Positions 49,440 to 61,285 of a stretch of DNA of 64,000 bases are shown piece after piece; the stretch's first letter is position 1; each line of letters begins with the position of its first letter. The translations under genes were made by a program, and so were the position numbers. The DNA comes from Felis catus. Its lineage: Eukaryota. The notes below the pieces were generated by a model. It did not search any database. It saw only the letters and a list, made by a program, of their open reading frames with translations, and was not told where the DNA came from. The stretch covers positions 186,994,001 through 187,058,000 of the forward strand of contig NC_058368.1 of assembly GCF_018350175.1 (NCBI RefSeq), in the 5' to 3' direction.

Positions 49440-50000
49440 CCTTAATTAACAAATAAATGCAAAATAAAAATAAGACAATATCTTCCACTGATTAAATTGG
49501 CAATATAAAATAATAATTATCAAGGAGTTGGTAAATCTTGCTCTGGAGTTGTATGTGATTTGCTACAACTTATCTTGAGGGTCAACTAGCAATGTATATC
49601 AATGGCTTGAAAATTGGTCATACATTTTATAAAAATGCCATGTCTATGAAATGAAATCAGGGTTGGATTTTTGTAAAATAGAAAAATTACAAAAATGTGT
49701 ATGTCCAATAGGTAGGAATTAAATTATGATGCATCCATATGATGATGAGGAGTAGAATATTTAATAACTTGAAAAATATTTGTAACAACTGATAAAGAAT
49801 GTGATCCAATTTTGATTTTAAAAGTATTTCCCATACATTAAAAAGCATCTAAAAGTCTAAATCATTCACCAAAATATCACTCAATGATGATTCTCTCTGA
49901 CTTGTAAATTTACGGGTGATTTGTATTTTTTTCTTTCTTTTTTTTTTTTTATCTGTCATTTCTACATTTCCTATAATGAACATGTATGCTTTAGAAACCA
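49440..50000 (+). mobile_element. Old L1ME-like 3' fragment
   Basis: 'aaatgcaaaataaaaataagacaata...attaaattggcaa', 'tctacatttcctataatgaacatgtatgcttt'. Confidence 0.7.
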
Positions 50001-50460
50001 GGGGCACCTGGGTGGCTCAATTGATTAAGTGTCTGATTCTTGGTTTCCGCTCAGGTCATGATCTCACGGTTTGTGAGTTCCAGCCCCATATCAGGCTCTA
50101 CGTGGACAGCGTGGGGCCTGCTTGGGATTTTCCTTCTCTCCCTCTCTCTGCTTCTCCCCTGCTTGTACGCATGATTTCTCAAAATAAATAAACTTTGGGG
50201 TGCCTGGGTGGCTCAGTCGGTTAAGCGTCCGACTTCAGCTCAGGTCATGATCTCACAGTTCGTGAGTTGGAGCCCCGCGTCAGGCTCTGTGCTTACAGCT
50301 CAGAGCCTGAAGCCTGCTTCACATTCTGTGTCTCCCTCTCTCTCTGCCCCTTCCCTGCTCATGCTCTGTCTCTCTCTGTCTCAAAAATGAATAAACATTT
50401 AAAAAAATTGAAAATAAATAAACTTTAATAAATAGATAAATGAATAAATAAATAAAATAT
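50001..50460 (+). mobile_element. Older CAN-SINE whose tail is interrupted by a second SINE
   Basis: Head at 50001; tail resumes after 50426; short TSD aaacca. Confidence 0.92.
50197..50410 (+). mobile_element. CAN-SINE nested in the tail of the preceding SINE
   Basis: Perfect TSD aaaataaataaacttt (50181-50196 / 50411-50426). Confidence 0.95.
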
Positions 50461-50679
50461 AAACCAGAAAAACATGAAAAGTATTCTTTTAACAACTAAG
50501 GAAAGGGGTTGAATGAGTAAAGGTCAGTGTATAAAGGTCAGATGCCCTTACATGGCTTGCCTGTAACTACCACTCGTCTCATCTCATTACATTTCCATCA
50601 ACCCTCTCAGCCTTAGCCACAAAGGCCTCTAGTTTTTTTGCCATTTACTTTCTACCACAGAGGATTATATTAGTCTTGC

Positions 50680-51147
50680 CATTATATATCCCCATGCCCT
50701 CCCCAAAGAGGCTTATGCTCCAGCTCACTGCAATATACTTTGCTATGGCCCCATTGTTGAGGATTATACATCCCTGTCCCATTGGCTTTGAGTTTGGCTT
50801 TGGTCTCTACTTCTCAGGTCTCAATGGCCCTTTCTTGTGGATTTTGAGACTCTTAAAAGTTCACTGTCATCAAAAGGAATTTAAGCAAACACAACAAGGC
50901 TACATCTAAGCAGGAGCCTTCAGTGTTATGGCAAGGTTTTCAACAGTGCTCTTGACCTTCTGTTCTGCTACAGGGATAGCATGTCCCACACTGGGGATGC
51001 TCCTTCAGTTTCAGTCCTTGAATGAGAAGCAGAGTCACAGCCTGATCAGAGCTACAGCCTACATGTGAGTAATAAGTGAGTAACAAACCTTTCCAGTATA
51101 AGCCACTGAGTTGTGGAGGTCACTTATAACAGCACTAAAATGGCACA
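50680..51147 (+). mobile_element. Old MaLR LTR (MLT1H/I-like) within L2
   Basis: 'agcatgtcccacactggggatgctccttcag', end 'ataagccactgagttgtggaggtcacttataacagca'. Confidence 0.7.
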
Positions 51148-51173
51148 TGGCATTTGTTTATCTAGAATATTCC

Positions 51174-51346
51174 TTTTGTAAATTATTTATATTCAAGTTA
51201 GTTAACATACAGTGTAGTATTCGTTTCAGGAGTCAAATCCAGTGATTCATCACTTACAGACAACACCCAGTGCTTATCCCAACAAGTGCCCTACTTAATG
51301 CCCATCAACCATTTAGCCCATCCGCCCACCCATCTCTCCTTCAGCC
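51174..51346 (-). mobile_element. 5'-truncated carnivore L1 3' end
   Basis: 'caagttagttaacatacagtgtagtatt...gattcatcacttacagacaacacccagtgcttatcccaacaagtgccc'. Confidence 0.9.
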
Positions 51347-51349
51347 ACT

Positions 51350-51620
51350 TCCACTCTGTACAGGTAACGCCATCTCTTCCTTTACATCTCAGTTCCACTC
51401 TATCCCTGACCAGGTCAAATTCTTCTCACAGGCTTTCTCAGCACTGGGTACTGCTCCTTCTTAACATAATCATAATGTCACAGCTTGTGTGTGATTGTTC
51501 AATCAATATCTGGTATGCCAGTGGACTGTGAACTCCTTCAGAGCAGGGATAGTGGCTGTTTGTTCACCCATTGGACTCCCAGGACTTAGCGCAATGCTTG
51601 GCACACAGTATATCCCCAAT
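51350..51620 (+). mobile_element. L2 3' fragment
   Basis: 'ggactgtgaactccttcagagcaggg...ttgttcacc...cccaggacttagcgcaatgcttggcacacagta'. Confidence 0.8.
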
Positions 51621-51623
51621 GAA

Positions 51624-51626
<3 letters not shown>

Positions 51627-51670
<44 letters not shown>
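51627..51670. repeat. (TA)n microsatellite; a second (TA)n lies at 51891-51907
   Basis: Directly visible. Confidence 0.95.
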
Positions 51671-51671
<1 letters not shown>

Positions 51672-51673
<2 letters not shown>

Positions 51674-51885
51674 TTTTTAATGTTCATTTATTTTTGAGAG
51701 AGAGAGAGAGAGAGACAAAGCAAAGCAGAGGAGGGGCAGAGAGAGAGGGAGTTACAGTCCAAAGCAGTCTCCAGGCTCTGAGCTGTCAGCACAGAGACTG
51801 ACATGGGGCTGGAACCCACGAGCAGTGAGATCATGACCTGAACTGAAATTGGACACCTACCCAACTGAGCCATCCAGGTGCCCCC
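51672..51885 (-). mobile_element. CAN-SINE
   Basis: 'gagatcatgacctgaactgaaattggacacctacccaactgagccatccaggtgcccc'. Confidence 0.93.
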
Positions 51886-52400
51886 CAAAATATATATATA
51901 TATATATTTAAATGGATACAGGAAGGAAAGCATGGATAAACTAAAAAAGGATCTTAAACATAGAAATGAGATGCATAAATCAAATGGAGCAAATATTTGG
52001 AAGATATATTTGGTCCTTGGATGAGAAAACGTTGTATCTTTTTTAGTGTAAATAAATACATGGTAACAATGTTCAGGATCTCCTGAATAATAATATGTAA
52101 GCACTCTCACTTTTAAAGTAGATTATACATATTTGTTGATACTATCCCGGTGACCACTTTGTGATGTAAACACAACAATCTACCCTCACCGCCTCCCCCA
52201 CCCCATCCCCAGGGAAGTTTGGTACTTTACCCAAAACCACACAACTGGAAGCTGGTGGAGTAAAGGTTTGAATCCCAGCACTCTAGTGCCAAAGTCTGTT
52301 TGTAACTAGATTATGCTGTCATTCATTTCATCTGAAGGTTATGAGTACTAGGAAAGACTTGTGTAACTGTACTGGCAAGGCAAGAAAACATTTAATTTTA

Positions 52401-52435
52401 TTTACTTATTTTTCAATTTTTTTAAGTTTATTTAT

Positions 52436-52481
<46 letters not shown>

Positions 52482-52641
52482 CACACACACAAGTAGGGGA
52501 GGGGCCCAGAGAAGGAGAGGCAGAATTCCAAGCAGGCTCCAAGCCATCAGTGCAGAGCCTGATGTGGGGCTTGAACCCAGTCTGCAAGATCATAACCTAA
52601 GCCAAGATCAAGAGTCAGATGCTTAACTACCCAGGCACCCC
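52401..52641 (-). mobile_element. CAN-SINE with an expanded (GA)n at 52439-52475
   Basis: TSD aaaacatttaatttta (52385-52400 / 52642-52657). Confidence 0.93.
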
Positions 52642-53593
52642 AAAACATTTAATTTTAATTTCCCTATTATATCACATGGGATCACCTGAGCTACTGATAA
52701 GGTGGCATGGGCAGCTCCAGGAGAGCATTTCCCCTGAGGCAAATAAGACTCACACATTTTCCCACATCTCTCTCATTACTTGGTTCCTACTCAGTGTTCT
52801 CTCTCGTCTCTCCAATTCACTAGTACAGCAATGCCTATAACAATAATGGCATCATTATCAATACCTTTTGGTTCTCTTCACAATCCTTGCTGTTCCTAGC
52901 ACAATGCCCTGCACATATTAGGTGTTTAGTAAATGCGTTTAGAATCAAATGGGTTCTGTACTCTTGCCTTATGATTTAAATGATTGGGATGGACAGACAG
53001 TCATATGAGATCTGGTTGCCTGTAAGATAAGTCTATTTGAAGGAGCAGGTGGGATGTGAGAATCTCATTCTAAAACTAAACCTGAGTCAAGAAACAAGAA
53101 ACTTGAACACATTGCCTTAGCCATGGAGCAGGAAGAGGAATTGACGGGTGGGGCCCATGCACCTGGCTTCTTTTCCAGAAGAACTGGTGCCACGGGCAGT
53201 GAGCCTGGGGAGGTGTGGGCGTGAGAGGAGTCAGCTTTGGGACGGGTAGTGTAGTGGTGGCAATAATGGAAGGTCTGGGTGTCAGAAGGGAGAAAGGGCA
53301 GAAGTAGGGCTCAATATCTTTTCTGGCGAGATAAGAAAGGGTTCAATGACATCATTTCTAAGGTCTCTTAAGGCAGGAATATCTGTGAGTCTAACACTCT
53401 GTCCTCTGACAAAGCTATTTGTCAGTGAAAGGGAAGAGGAACAAGCTGGAGCCAGCTGGGAAATTCCTGAAGGCAGGGGTGGAAGCATGAATTGAAAACA
53501 ATGGAAACAACTTGGTCCTTAATTGAATTTAAAAGGCAACAAGAAATCCAGGCTGGGGTCTGGAAAGAGAGAATGTAGCACGCTATTCTCTGG

Positions 53594-53762
53594 CAGTGTT
53601 CTTTGAAGCACAGTAGCCAGACCACTCAAACGAGAATCCTGTAGCGGAAATTTTTTAAATGCAGATTCCTGAGCCCTCTTAGAATATGAGAGTTTCAGGC
53701 AGAAATTGCACTTTTAAAACCCCAGATAATTCCGATGAGTCAGCAGATCTGTAAATCTCTGA
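53594..53762. mobile_element. MER5A/B-like hAT MITE
   Basis: 'cagtgttctttgaagcacagtagccagacca...tttaaatgcagattcctgagccc...aattgcacttttaaaaccccagataattccgatg'. Confidence 0.7.
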
Positions 53763-54352
53763 TCTGGAGAGAGGGAATACTACCTTGCTGGGGTAGGAAA
53801 ATAAAATCCCCAATGCTTAGATGTGGGACCTGAGCAATGATTATCTTTTTTCAAGGATAATTTAACTCCTTATTTTAAGACCACCTGTGGATTCAGTGAA
53901 GCAGCCATTAATTGGCATGACTAAGTGCTTTTTAATAATAGATATGGAGTATATTGCCGTAACTTCTTTGCTGATCTCCCCAACAGAGAGGAAGAAGTAG
54001 TATCTCCTTTGGGCCTGGTGGTCAGATTTCATCCTATCTTTCAAGTTCTCCTTCTCATCTTTTTACTGAGAATAAAGGCAGCTGCTACATCTGTCATGAG
54101 AAAACCTGGGGTCACTAAAATAGGGGTGCAATATAGCCAAGTCTCTGGCATAGAGATACAGCTTTTGGCTTGGAGTGAAGTTACCCTGTGAAGTAGCTAG
54201 ACAGATTCCCCATCTCCCGACACTTGGCCTTTGAATTCCTGTAAGTTTTTAAATCAATCACCAGAAAATGGATACTCTCTGGTTTCGCATAGCTGGGCCA
54301 AGTGTCCAAGTTCTGGCTCTAACTCAGGGCCTCCCTCTCAAAGTAATTTAGA

Positions 54353-54530
54353 AGGGCACCTGGGTGGCTCAATTAAGTGTCCGAATTCTGCTCAGGTCAT
54401 GAGTTCGAGCCCCACATTGGGCTCTGGGCTGACAGGGAAGAGCCTGCTTGGGATCCTCTGTTCCCCCCCCCCTCCTCCCTCACTCAAAAATGAACAAACA
54501 TTTTAAAAAATAAATAAACAAACAAACAAA
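54353..54530 (+). mobile_element. CAN-SINE with internal deletions
   Basis: 'gggcacctgggtggctca...ggtcatgagttcgagccccacattgggctctg...gagcctgcttggga'; (AAAC)n tail. Confidence 0.88.
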
Positions 54531-55514
54531 ATGGAGAGGCCAGAGCCAGACGGGTAGAGACCAGACCAACCACCCACCAGGTAACAGCACAGGCCTCCCT
54601 GGGGTTAGGTCTGGGTACCTGAGCTGGTTAGGCCAGCCCTGCCAGGGAGCTGAGGAGAAGGGTGGAGATGCAGGGCTTGGAAGAAGAGCCTAGAAGCCTT
54701 GGAAAGGGCGGGGCTAAGCGGGTTTCTGCAGCAGGCCAGGAAAGGAGGAAATGGGGTGGAGGAATTGTGTTCAGGTGTGTGACACCTGGGCTGGGCTTCT
54801 AAAAGGGAGTGGAGCTACCTGTTCCAGCCAGAGATGAGAAGAAAGCTCTCACTGGCACTTGCTCCCCTTGGATGGGATAACTAGAGGGGGTAGCAACCCA
54901 GCCTCTGTCTCCGCCGCCCCATCAGAATAAAAACACCTCAGGAGCCCTGAGTCCCCCTGTCATAGCTGTGGAGCCTTTAACAAGGAAGGAGAAGGTAAGT
55001 GTTCTACTTAATGCTAAGACTGGGGGGTGGTTTTTTCTCCTCAGCTCTCCCCACCTCTTGCTGGCGTGGGGCAGGGATGTTACTTCAGAGGGAGCCTTTG
55101 AGGTTGTCGCTGGCCTCATTCTCAGTACCCTGGGTCCTGGGGGCTGCAGCTGTGTACCCCGTTAGCCACCAGCAGCTCCAGGCTTCAAGGGACTCTTTTT
55201 GGGGGACCTCTTTGCCCATGCTGGAAAGCTTTGCCTGTATAGTTGGCTGGAATATGAGGGCGGTTGCAGATAATGATGCATGATGATTACTGCATGTGAT
55301 TTGGCTTTTCTACATGTTCAGGAGAGGGCAGCCTCTGCCTTTGTCTCCTATAGTTTGAAATGAATTACCTGTGTAGTGTACAGGCATTGGTCGTTACCTA
55401 TACTATTCCAGGGCCTCTTCCAAAAGCTTATAAAACCATTTTGCAGGATTTTGATACAAGTACACATGTGTGAGGTAGAATGGGAAAGAACTGGGATTTT
55501 GGTGATGGAGACTA

Positions 55515-55710
55515 AAAATAGTAATGATGAGAGCTTATTGGAAGCTTACCACGTGCAAAGCATGAGGTTGAACCACCTTTCACCTTGTTGCAAGCCCCTG
55601 AAACAGGTGTTGGTATTAGCTACAATTACTGACAAGGATGCTGAGGGTCAGGGAAGTTAACTGAGCCAACCCAACATTTGCAGGTTCCAGTCCATGCTCT
55701 GCACTTAATC
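55515..55710 (-). mobile_element. MIR SINE
   Basis: 'cttattggaagcttaccacgtgc...gacaaggatgctgagggtcagggaagttaactgag'. Confidence 0.6.
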
Positions 55711-56149
55711 AGTGAGGTCATATTTGCTCTGGGGTCTTTCAGATTCAGAGTGTCCAGGGGTGGTAAGGAACAACCACCTGTAAAGAAGCTTTTCTCCAAG
55801 CAGAACAAAGCTGATAGCCTCTATCTCCTGTTGCCATATTTAGGAAATAATTGAGACTTTGTCTCTACTTCTCATGCCTCGATACCCCCTTTCCGTGAAT
55901 TTGGAAACTGTTTGATGCCCACTGTCTGCAATATGTAATCCGCATGATCTGTGCCATTAAGAATTCAGAGACTGTGCAGCTGAGCAATGAAGCTGGTCTT
56001 TAAAACACCAGAGCCCACAGTGGAAGGAGAAAGGGAATGCACTCAGAGGCCAACCTCAGGCGAGTACACTGTGGCCACTTAGAATTAAACCCAATGCTTC
56101 CAAAAGGGTTCACCAGACCTCTCACAACCTCAACTCTTGCCCATTCCCA

Positions 56150-56790
56150 ATCTCAGCTAATATCCAATCCCTCAGTTCATGGTGGGCCAGCAACACTGGC
56201 TGCCTATGTTCGTTTCTTCCTTGGGACCTGTGTGCCTAGATTTGCCTCCCCTGGGAACATATTCCCCTAGACTTTTCCTGTATTTGTCTTGCTCTCTTCA
56301 ATGAAATGGCAGCTCAGATGTTGCCTGTTCAGGGAGCTTTGTAGGCTCAGTTGGTTAAACCTCTGACTCTTGGTTTTGGATCAAGTCATGATCTCACACC
56401 TTTGTGGGTTCAAGCCCCACATCAGGCTCTGTGCTCCCAGTGTGGAGCCTGCTTGGGATTCTCTCCCTCTGCCCATCCCCACTTGTGCTGTCTGTATCTC
56501 TCAAAGTAAATAAAAAAAAAAGTTGCTTGTTCAAGAGGGCTTCCTAAAATGCCCACAGAATCTAAAATGGGCCCACCATCACCACTATCCTCCCCAATGA
56601 CAGTCCCTCACAGCATTATTTTTTCAATGCCAATGGTCATCTGAAATTCTCTCTTCTTATTGTATATTTTGCCACTAGAACACAAGGTCCCTGCAGGAAG
56701 GAATCCTCTGTGTCTTCTGCCTGCTGGACATTCCTGAGTACCCAGGGCTTAGCAGATTTCCCAATAATAACAGGCTGTGTTAACAGGGTA
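56150..56790 (+). mobile_element. L2 fragment split by a SINE
   Basis: 'ccagcaacactggctgcc...ccctgggaacatattcccc', 'ccactagaacacaaggtccctgcagg...cccagggcttagcag'. Confidence 0.7.
56332..56520 (+). mobile_element. Older CAN-SINE
   Basis: TSD gttgcctgttca / gttgcttgttca. Confidence 0.9.
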
Positions 56791-56925
56791 ATTGAATAAT
56801 AGAAAGGATCAGGAGATAACTTGACCATGAGGATACCTCCTTCTCATTCAATATTGCCCTTCAATCTCCCTTGACCAGGCAAAACCCTTAGTCTAAAAAT
56901 GGAAGTGAAGAGCACCTGAATGTTC

Positions 56926-57120
56926 GGCATGCCTGGGTGGCTCAGTCAGTTAAGCGCCCGACTCTGGATTTTTGGCTTGGGTCATGATCTCATAGTTGGT
57001 CGGATTGAGCCCCACATTGGACTCTGCAGATGACAGCATGGCGCCTGCTTGGGATTCTCTCTCTCCCTTTCTCTCTGCCATTCTCCTGCTCACTCTTTCT
57101 CTCTCAAATAAACTTGAAAA
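56926..57120 (+). mobile_element. Older CAN-SINE
   Basis: 'gcctgggtggctcagtcagttaagcgcccgactc...gggtcatgatctca...cctgcttgggattctctc'. Confidence 0.9.
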
Positions 57121-57509
57121 GTCAGAGTTGTTTGTTTTTGTTTGTTTTTAAGTGCCTAAGAGGCAACTGATTTCATTCCTGGAGTAACCTAGAGAAAAAA
57201 AAAAAGCCAAATGGCATCAAAAGGATTTAGTTCCCTGAAAATTGTCAAGGTACGATAAGGCTGGCTCTGCTTGACCAGTGTGGATAAACAGCACTGCCTG
57301 TGATTCAGCGGAGCATGCTCTTCTGGACCAAATGTGGTATTGATGAGAGTCATGACTGGGTACTAGCCATACCAATAGGATTCCAGAAAGCTGAGCTTGC
57401 ACCCTTCCAGCCCTGCTTCCTCAGGCTATTCATTTAAATTCTCACCATGCTTTGCTTGTCTTTTGCTATTGTGGGTGTCATTCACTTATAAGGTAGAAAG
57501 AGGCTTATA

Positions 57510-57665
57510 TTAGGGACCAGGGGATCAAGATTTTTCTATGGGCTCTACCCCTCTGCAATTGTGGGCAAGTCCCTTAGTGCCTCCACCTGTCATGTTTCTC
57601 CTCTGTAAAATGGAATGATTACAGCTTCCTTCTAGAGCCTGTGAGGCTGTTGTGAAGTGCAGACA
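57510..57665 (+). mobile_element. MIR SINE
   Basis: 'tgggcaagtccctt...tttctcctctgtaaaatggaatgatta'. Confidence 0.7.
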
Positions 57666-59082
57666 GGCCAGCTCTTTGGGTACTCCACGTGAGAGTGATC
57701 TAGAAACTAGCAACAATAAGTCTCTCACAAGCACCCAGCCCTGTAAGTGATAGGGAGCAGAGAGTACACAGGTGTGTTTATTTGGGATAATTTCACTTGC
57801 AGAAAAGAAGTCTATGAAAGGAAGAAACTCCTCTGCAGGATTCCTTTTCCCAGGCAGCTACCTCACGAATCAACTTACACACTTTAATTAACACCCAGCC
57901 TATTTGCTTTGCAGCAAGGAACATTAGAATCCAGCCTAGTGATGCTGCCTCGTTGGCAAGCACACAGCATTTGGCAGTATTTCACATGCTGGTGGTTTTT
58001 ATGGGTCCCTTCTTACATTTCTGTGTTCTTCATTGTAATGTATGTTAAGCCTTCCTGGCATCAGCTCTGGCCCTGGCCTTATTTGATTTAAGAGACATCT
58101 GATTTTATATCTGATCCTCAGGTTCTATAATTCAAGGCATTCCTTAGCTTGTTCTGTTTCCTTGTACTACTCTTGACTTGCAGATTTTTAAAAATGCCCT
58201 TTTTGAAAGAAAATATCTATGAATCAGGAGTCATGCCAGAGTCCTAATGATTTTCTGGGGAAGAAGGGGCCCATAAGCCAAGTTGTACCATGGAAAGAGC
58301 ATTACAATAAGTGGAGACCTGGGCTAGAATCCTGGCTCTGCTTCTTAATAACCCTTGTCCAATTTCTGGGGCCTTGGTGGGGATAATAACAATATGAACA
58401 GTGGACTTTTATTGAGGACTTACTAAGTGCTTAGAGAATTCCTTGAAAAATGTCCCGTGATGTTTGTCCTGATGATTTCTGTGTTTGGAAATAGGGCATG
58501 TGAGACGTGGAGGGTATGAGGTTATCAGGTAGTGAGTGATGGAACTCGGATTTGAATGCGTGCTTGTTGACTTGAGAGTGCATGTTCTTACCTACCAGGC
58601 TTTTTCCATTTACTCAGATACACTATGCTGGGATCTTTATTTATTGACAATTTGACATCACAAGGCCTGTCCTCCTCACAGTCTGTCATCTGATGAGATG
58701 ATGCCTATGAAGATTCATTAGAATTGTGCAGTTTTATTTCACCATCGTGAAATAAATTATTTCTTGTTTGCCAAGATTTAGAGAAATGTTCTGTAAGGAC
58801 TTCAAGTGGCCTTTGAAGAAAATGACAAATATTTTCATAAAATAGTCAAACATTCAAAAAATAGTTTGTCTTGTCAGGAAATAGAAAAATCATCACCTTT
58901 AAGCATACATTGGATACTAGGCTGGACCCAAACATTTTTAAATTCTTAAAATATTTAGGAGAATGTACAAATATTATATATTGTTCTAAGGACTGACAGC
59001 CAATATTGACTAACCACCTCCTCATATTCAGCACTGAGAGAAGCAGTTTCCTCATTATTTTCCTGTATGAGAGGCCATGCAT

Positions 59083-59320
59083 CACAGTGGTGAAGGGTGT
59101 GGCCTTGTGGTTGAGAGTGCGTGGCTTTGTCAGCTGCTAGTCTTGTGACCTTCGACAAATTTCTCAGCCACTCTGTTTTTCAGGTTCCCAGTCTATGTGA
59201 TTGGGGATATTACTGAACTTTGCCTCTAGTGGTAGGCATGTTATAGAAATGGATACACAGAAGTGCTGGGAACAGTTCTTGGTATGTAATGGACTCTCAA
59301 ATATTGGCTGTTACTGTTAC
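59083..59320 (+). mobile_element. MIR SINE
   Basis: 'tagtcttgtgaccttcgacaaatttctcagccactctg...gaacagttcttggtatgtaatggactctcaaatattggctgtt'. Confidence 0.75.
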
Positions 59321-60134
59321 TTTTCCCTCAGCCCTTCTATAAGTCCTCGTTCCCCCATCCTATAAACGTAGACACGGATGAAGAATCGGGTCACACAGCT
59401 AGAATCAGCATTTGAACTTCCAACTGTGTTCATCTAGAGCTTTCCCTCCCTATGTTTTGTTTCCTCAAACTCTCAGGGAAACAAAAATATGTCTAGGAAC
59501 TCAAAGTTTGATTGGGTTTATACTCTAAGACCAAACATACTTTGTCCCCATGCATGTACCTAAAGGTATTTATTGGTCTCCTGTTACCTTCAGGTTGGTG
59601 AGTCCAATGTCTCCTTGAAAATGACTAAGTTGTGTCCCCAGGGTATCCTCAACCAGCCAGAACTTTTTCCCCTATTCAGGATTCTTTCTGTGGGCAGGCA
59701 ACCACACTGGCCATGAGGTGTAGTTTGCTCATTAAAAGCAATCAGTGGCACTACTGTTCCCCAAGACCAAGGGCTGACCTGATTAGTTAGGAGGCTTCTT
59801 TTAGCTCTAAGAGAACACCACCCTAAACTGGCTTAAATCTGTTTATCGAAACTTGAGTTCATACAAATGTTGGGATAAGTAACCAGAATAAATTGTCCAT
59901 ATATCTCTCCTGGGCTAGTCAAACACAGAGGCCAGCACTTGTACTCTTTTGTCTTGCACCCAGTTGGATAGTGGAGTTATTTTACAAATTCCTTCTCCCC
60001 CTGAGTGGGGACCTGACTCTGCCAGTATCCCAGCACGCAATGTAAGAGCTCTATGACTCGTAAAAAGCAGGCCTCTTCCTCTGCCTGATCTGAGAATGCA
60101 TGCCTCTTAAATGCCTCCCAAATCATGGCAGTAA

Positions 60135-60370
60135 TTAATAATTAACAGCTTCCTTCTATTGAGTACTTGCTATGTGTGAGTTTACTTAATTAGTTGATGT
60201 AATGTTAACAACCCTCTCAAGTAGGTTCCAGTATTAGCCTCTCTAGTGAAGAGGAAGATGACATGTGGAGAGCTCATACACATGACCAGGAGACCCCAGC
60301 TGAAAGTGGTACCATGAGGACATAAACCCAAACCTGTGTGACTAAATACCTGTTCTTCACCTCTGTGCTT
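60135..60370 (-). mobile_element. MIR SINE
   Basis: 'tattgagtacttgctatgtg...aacaaccctctcaagtaggt'. Confidence 0.65.
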
Positions 60371-60923
60371 CTCCAAACTCCTCCTGCCTGAATCAGCCTC
60401 ACCTAGGTGGCTTGATAACACATTACTGATTAGCTGTGGAAAAACTCGTTAGACTGGCTCACCAACCTGCCTCACCTGGTTTCCCTGGTACTTCCCGCTC
60501 TGATCTGGGTGGTGAGTTTGATTTTCCCTTTGCCCCATCTTATCCAGACACAGTTGATCTCCTTAATAACTTGGCCTTCCTTCCCTAACCCTTCAGCCAC
60601 TGGATTATCACAGTAGATAAGCCTGAGAATGGAATTTGTCTCCCCAAAGCACCCTCAGCCCATTTCTTACCCTTTGGAAAAGTAACCCTTTTGAGTTTTT
60701 CAAATTTCTTTCTTGTTCTCTTTTCAACATGGCTTAAGAACAAGGCAGATTTGATCACAGATCATAAAGCATATTTTCAGTGCTGTGAGACAATTCAGTA
60801 ATTGGCATCTGAGCCTGAGCGCTGGCCTGTGAAGTGTCTTTTACAAAAAGCAGACAAAATGGTGGTCTTCATTGTAGCTGTCTATCAAGTGTTGCTTATG
60901 CAACTAGACTATTACCAGTAAGT

Positions 60924-60974
60924 ACTTGGAAGGACTTGAAAGGACTTGAAAAGGACCAGAAAGGACTTGGAAAA
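60924..60974. repeat. Short degenerate minisatellite, ~5 x ACTTG(G/A)AAGG
   Basis: acttggaagg acttgaaagg acttgaaaagg accagaaagg acttggaaaa. Confidence 0.85.
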
Positions 60975-61074
60975 ATCTAGTTAAATCTTAGCGTGCCTCT
61001 TAATGCCTATGTGATCTTGCACGAATTACTTATTTTCCACAGTAGCGTAACACTGCTTTCATTTTGTTCAGCTC

Positions 61075-61285
61075 TGCATATATTTACTGACAACATTTCT
61101 ACAGTGTCCCAAGCACTGACCCCTATACATATATATTTGACTTAAATCTCCCACCAACCTGATGAAGTAAGTCCTGTAATCTTCACTTCACAGGTTAGAA
61201 AACTTAAGGTAAAGTTAAGCACTTATTAAGTGGTAGAGATGCGATTTCAAGCCAGTTCTTTCAAAGTCAAAATCCATTCCCTGGA
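61075..61285 (-). mobile_element. MIR SINE
   Basis: 'ttaaatctcccaccaacctgatgaagtaag...cacttcacaggttagaaaacttaagg'. Confidence 0.7.
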
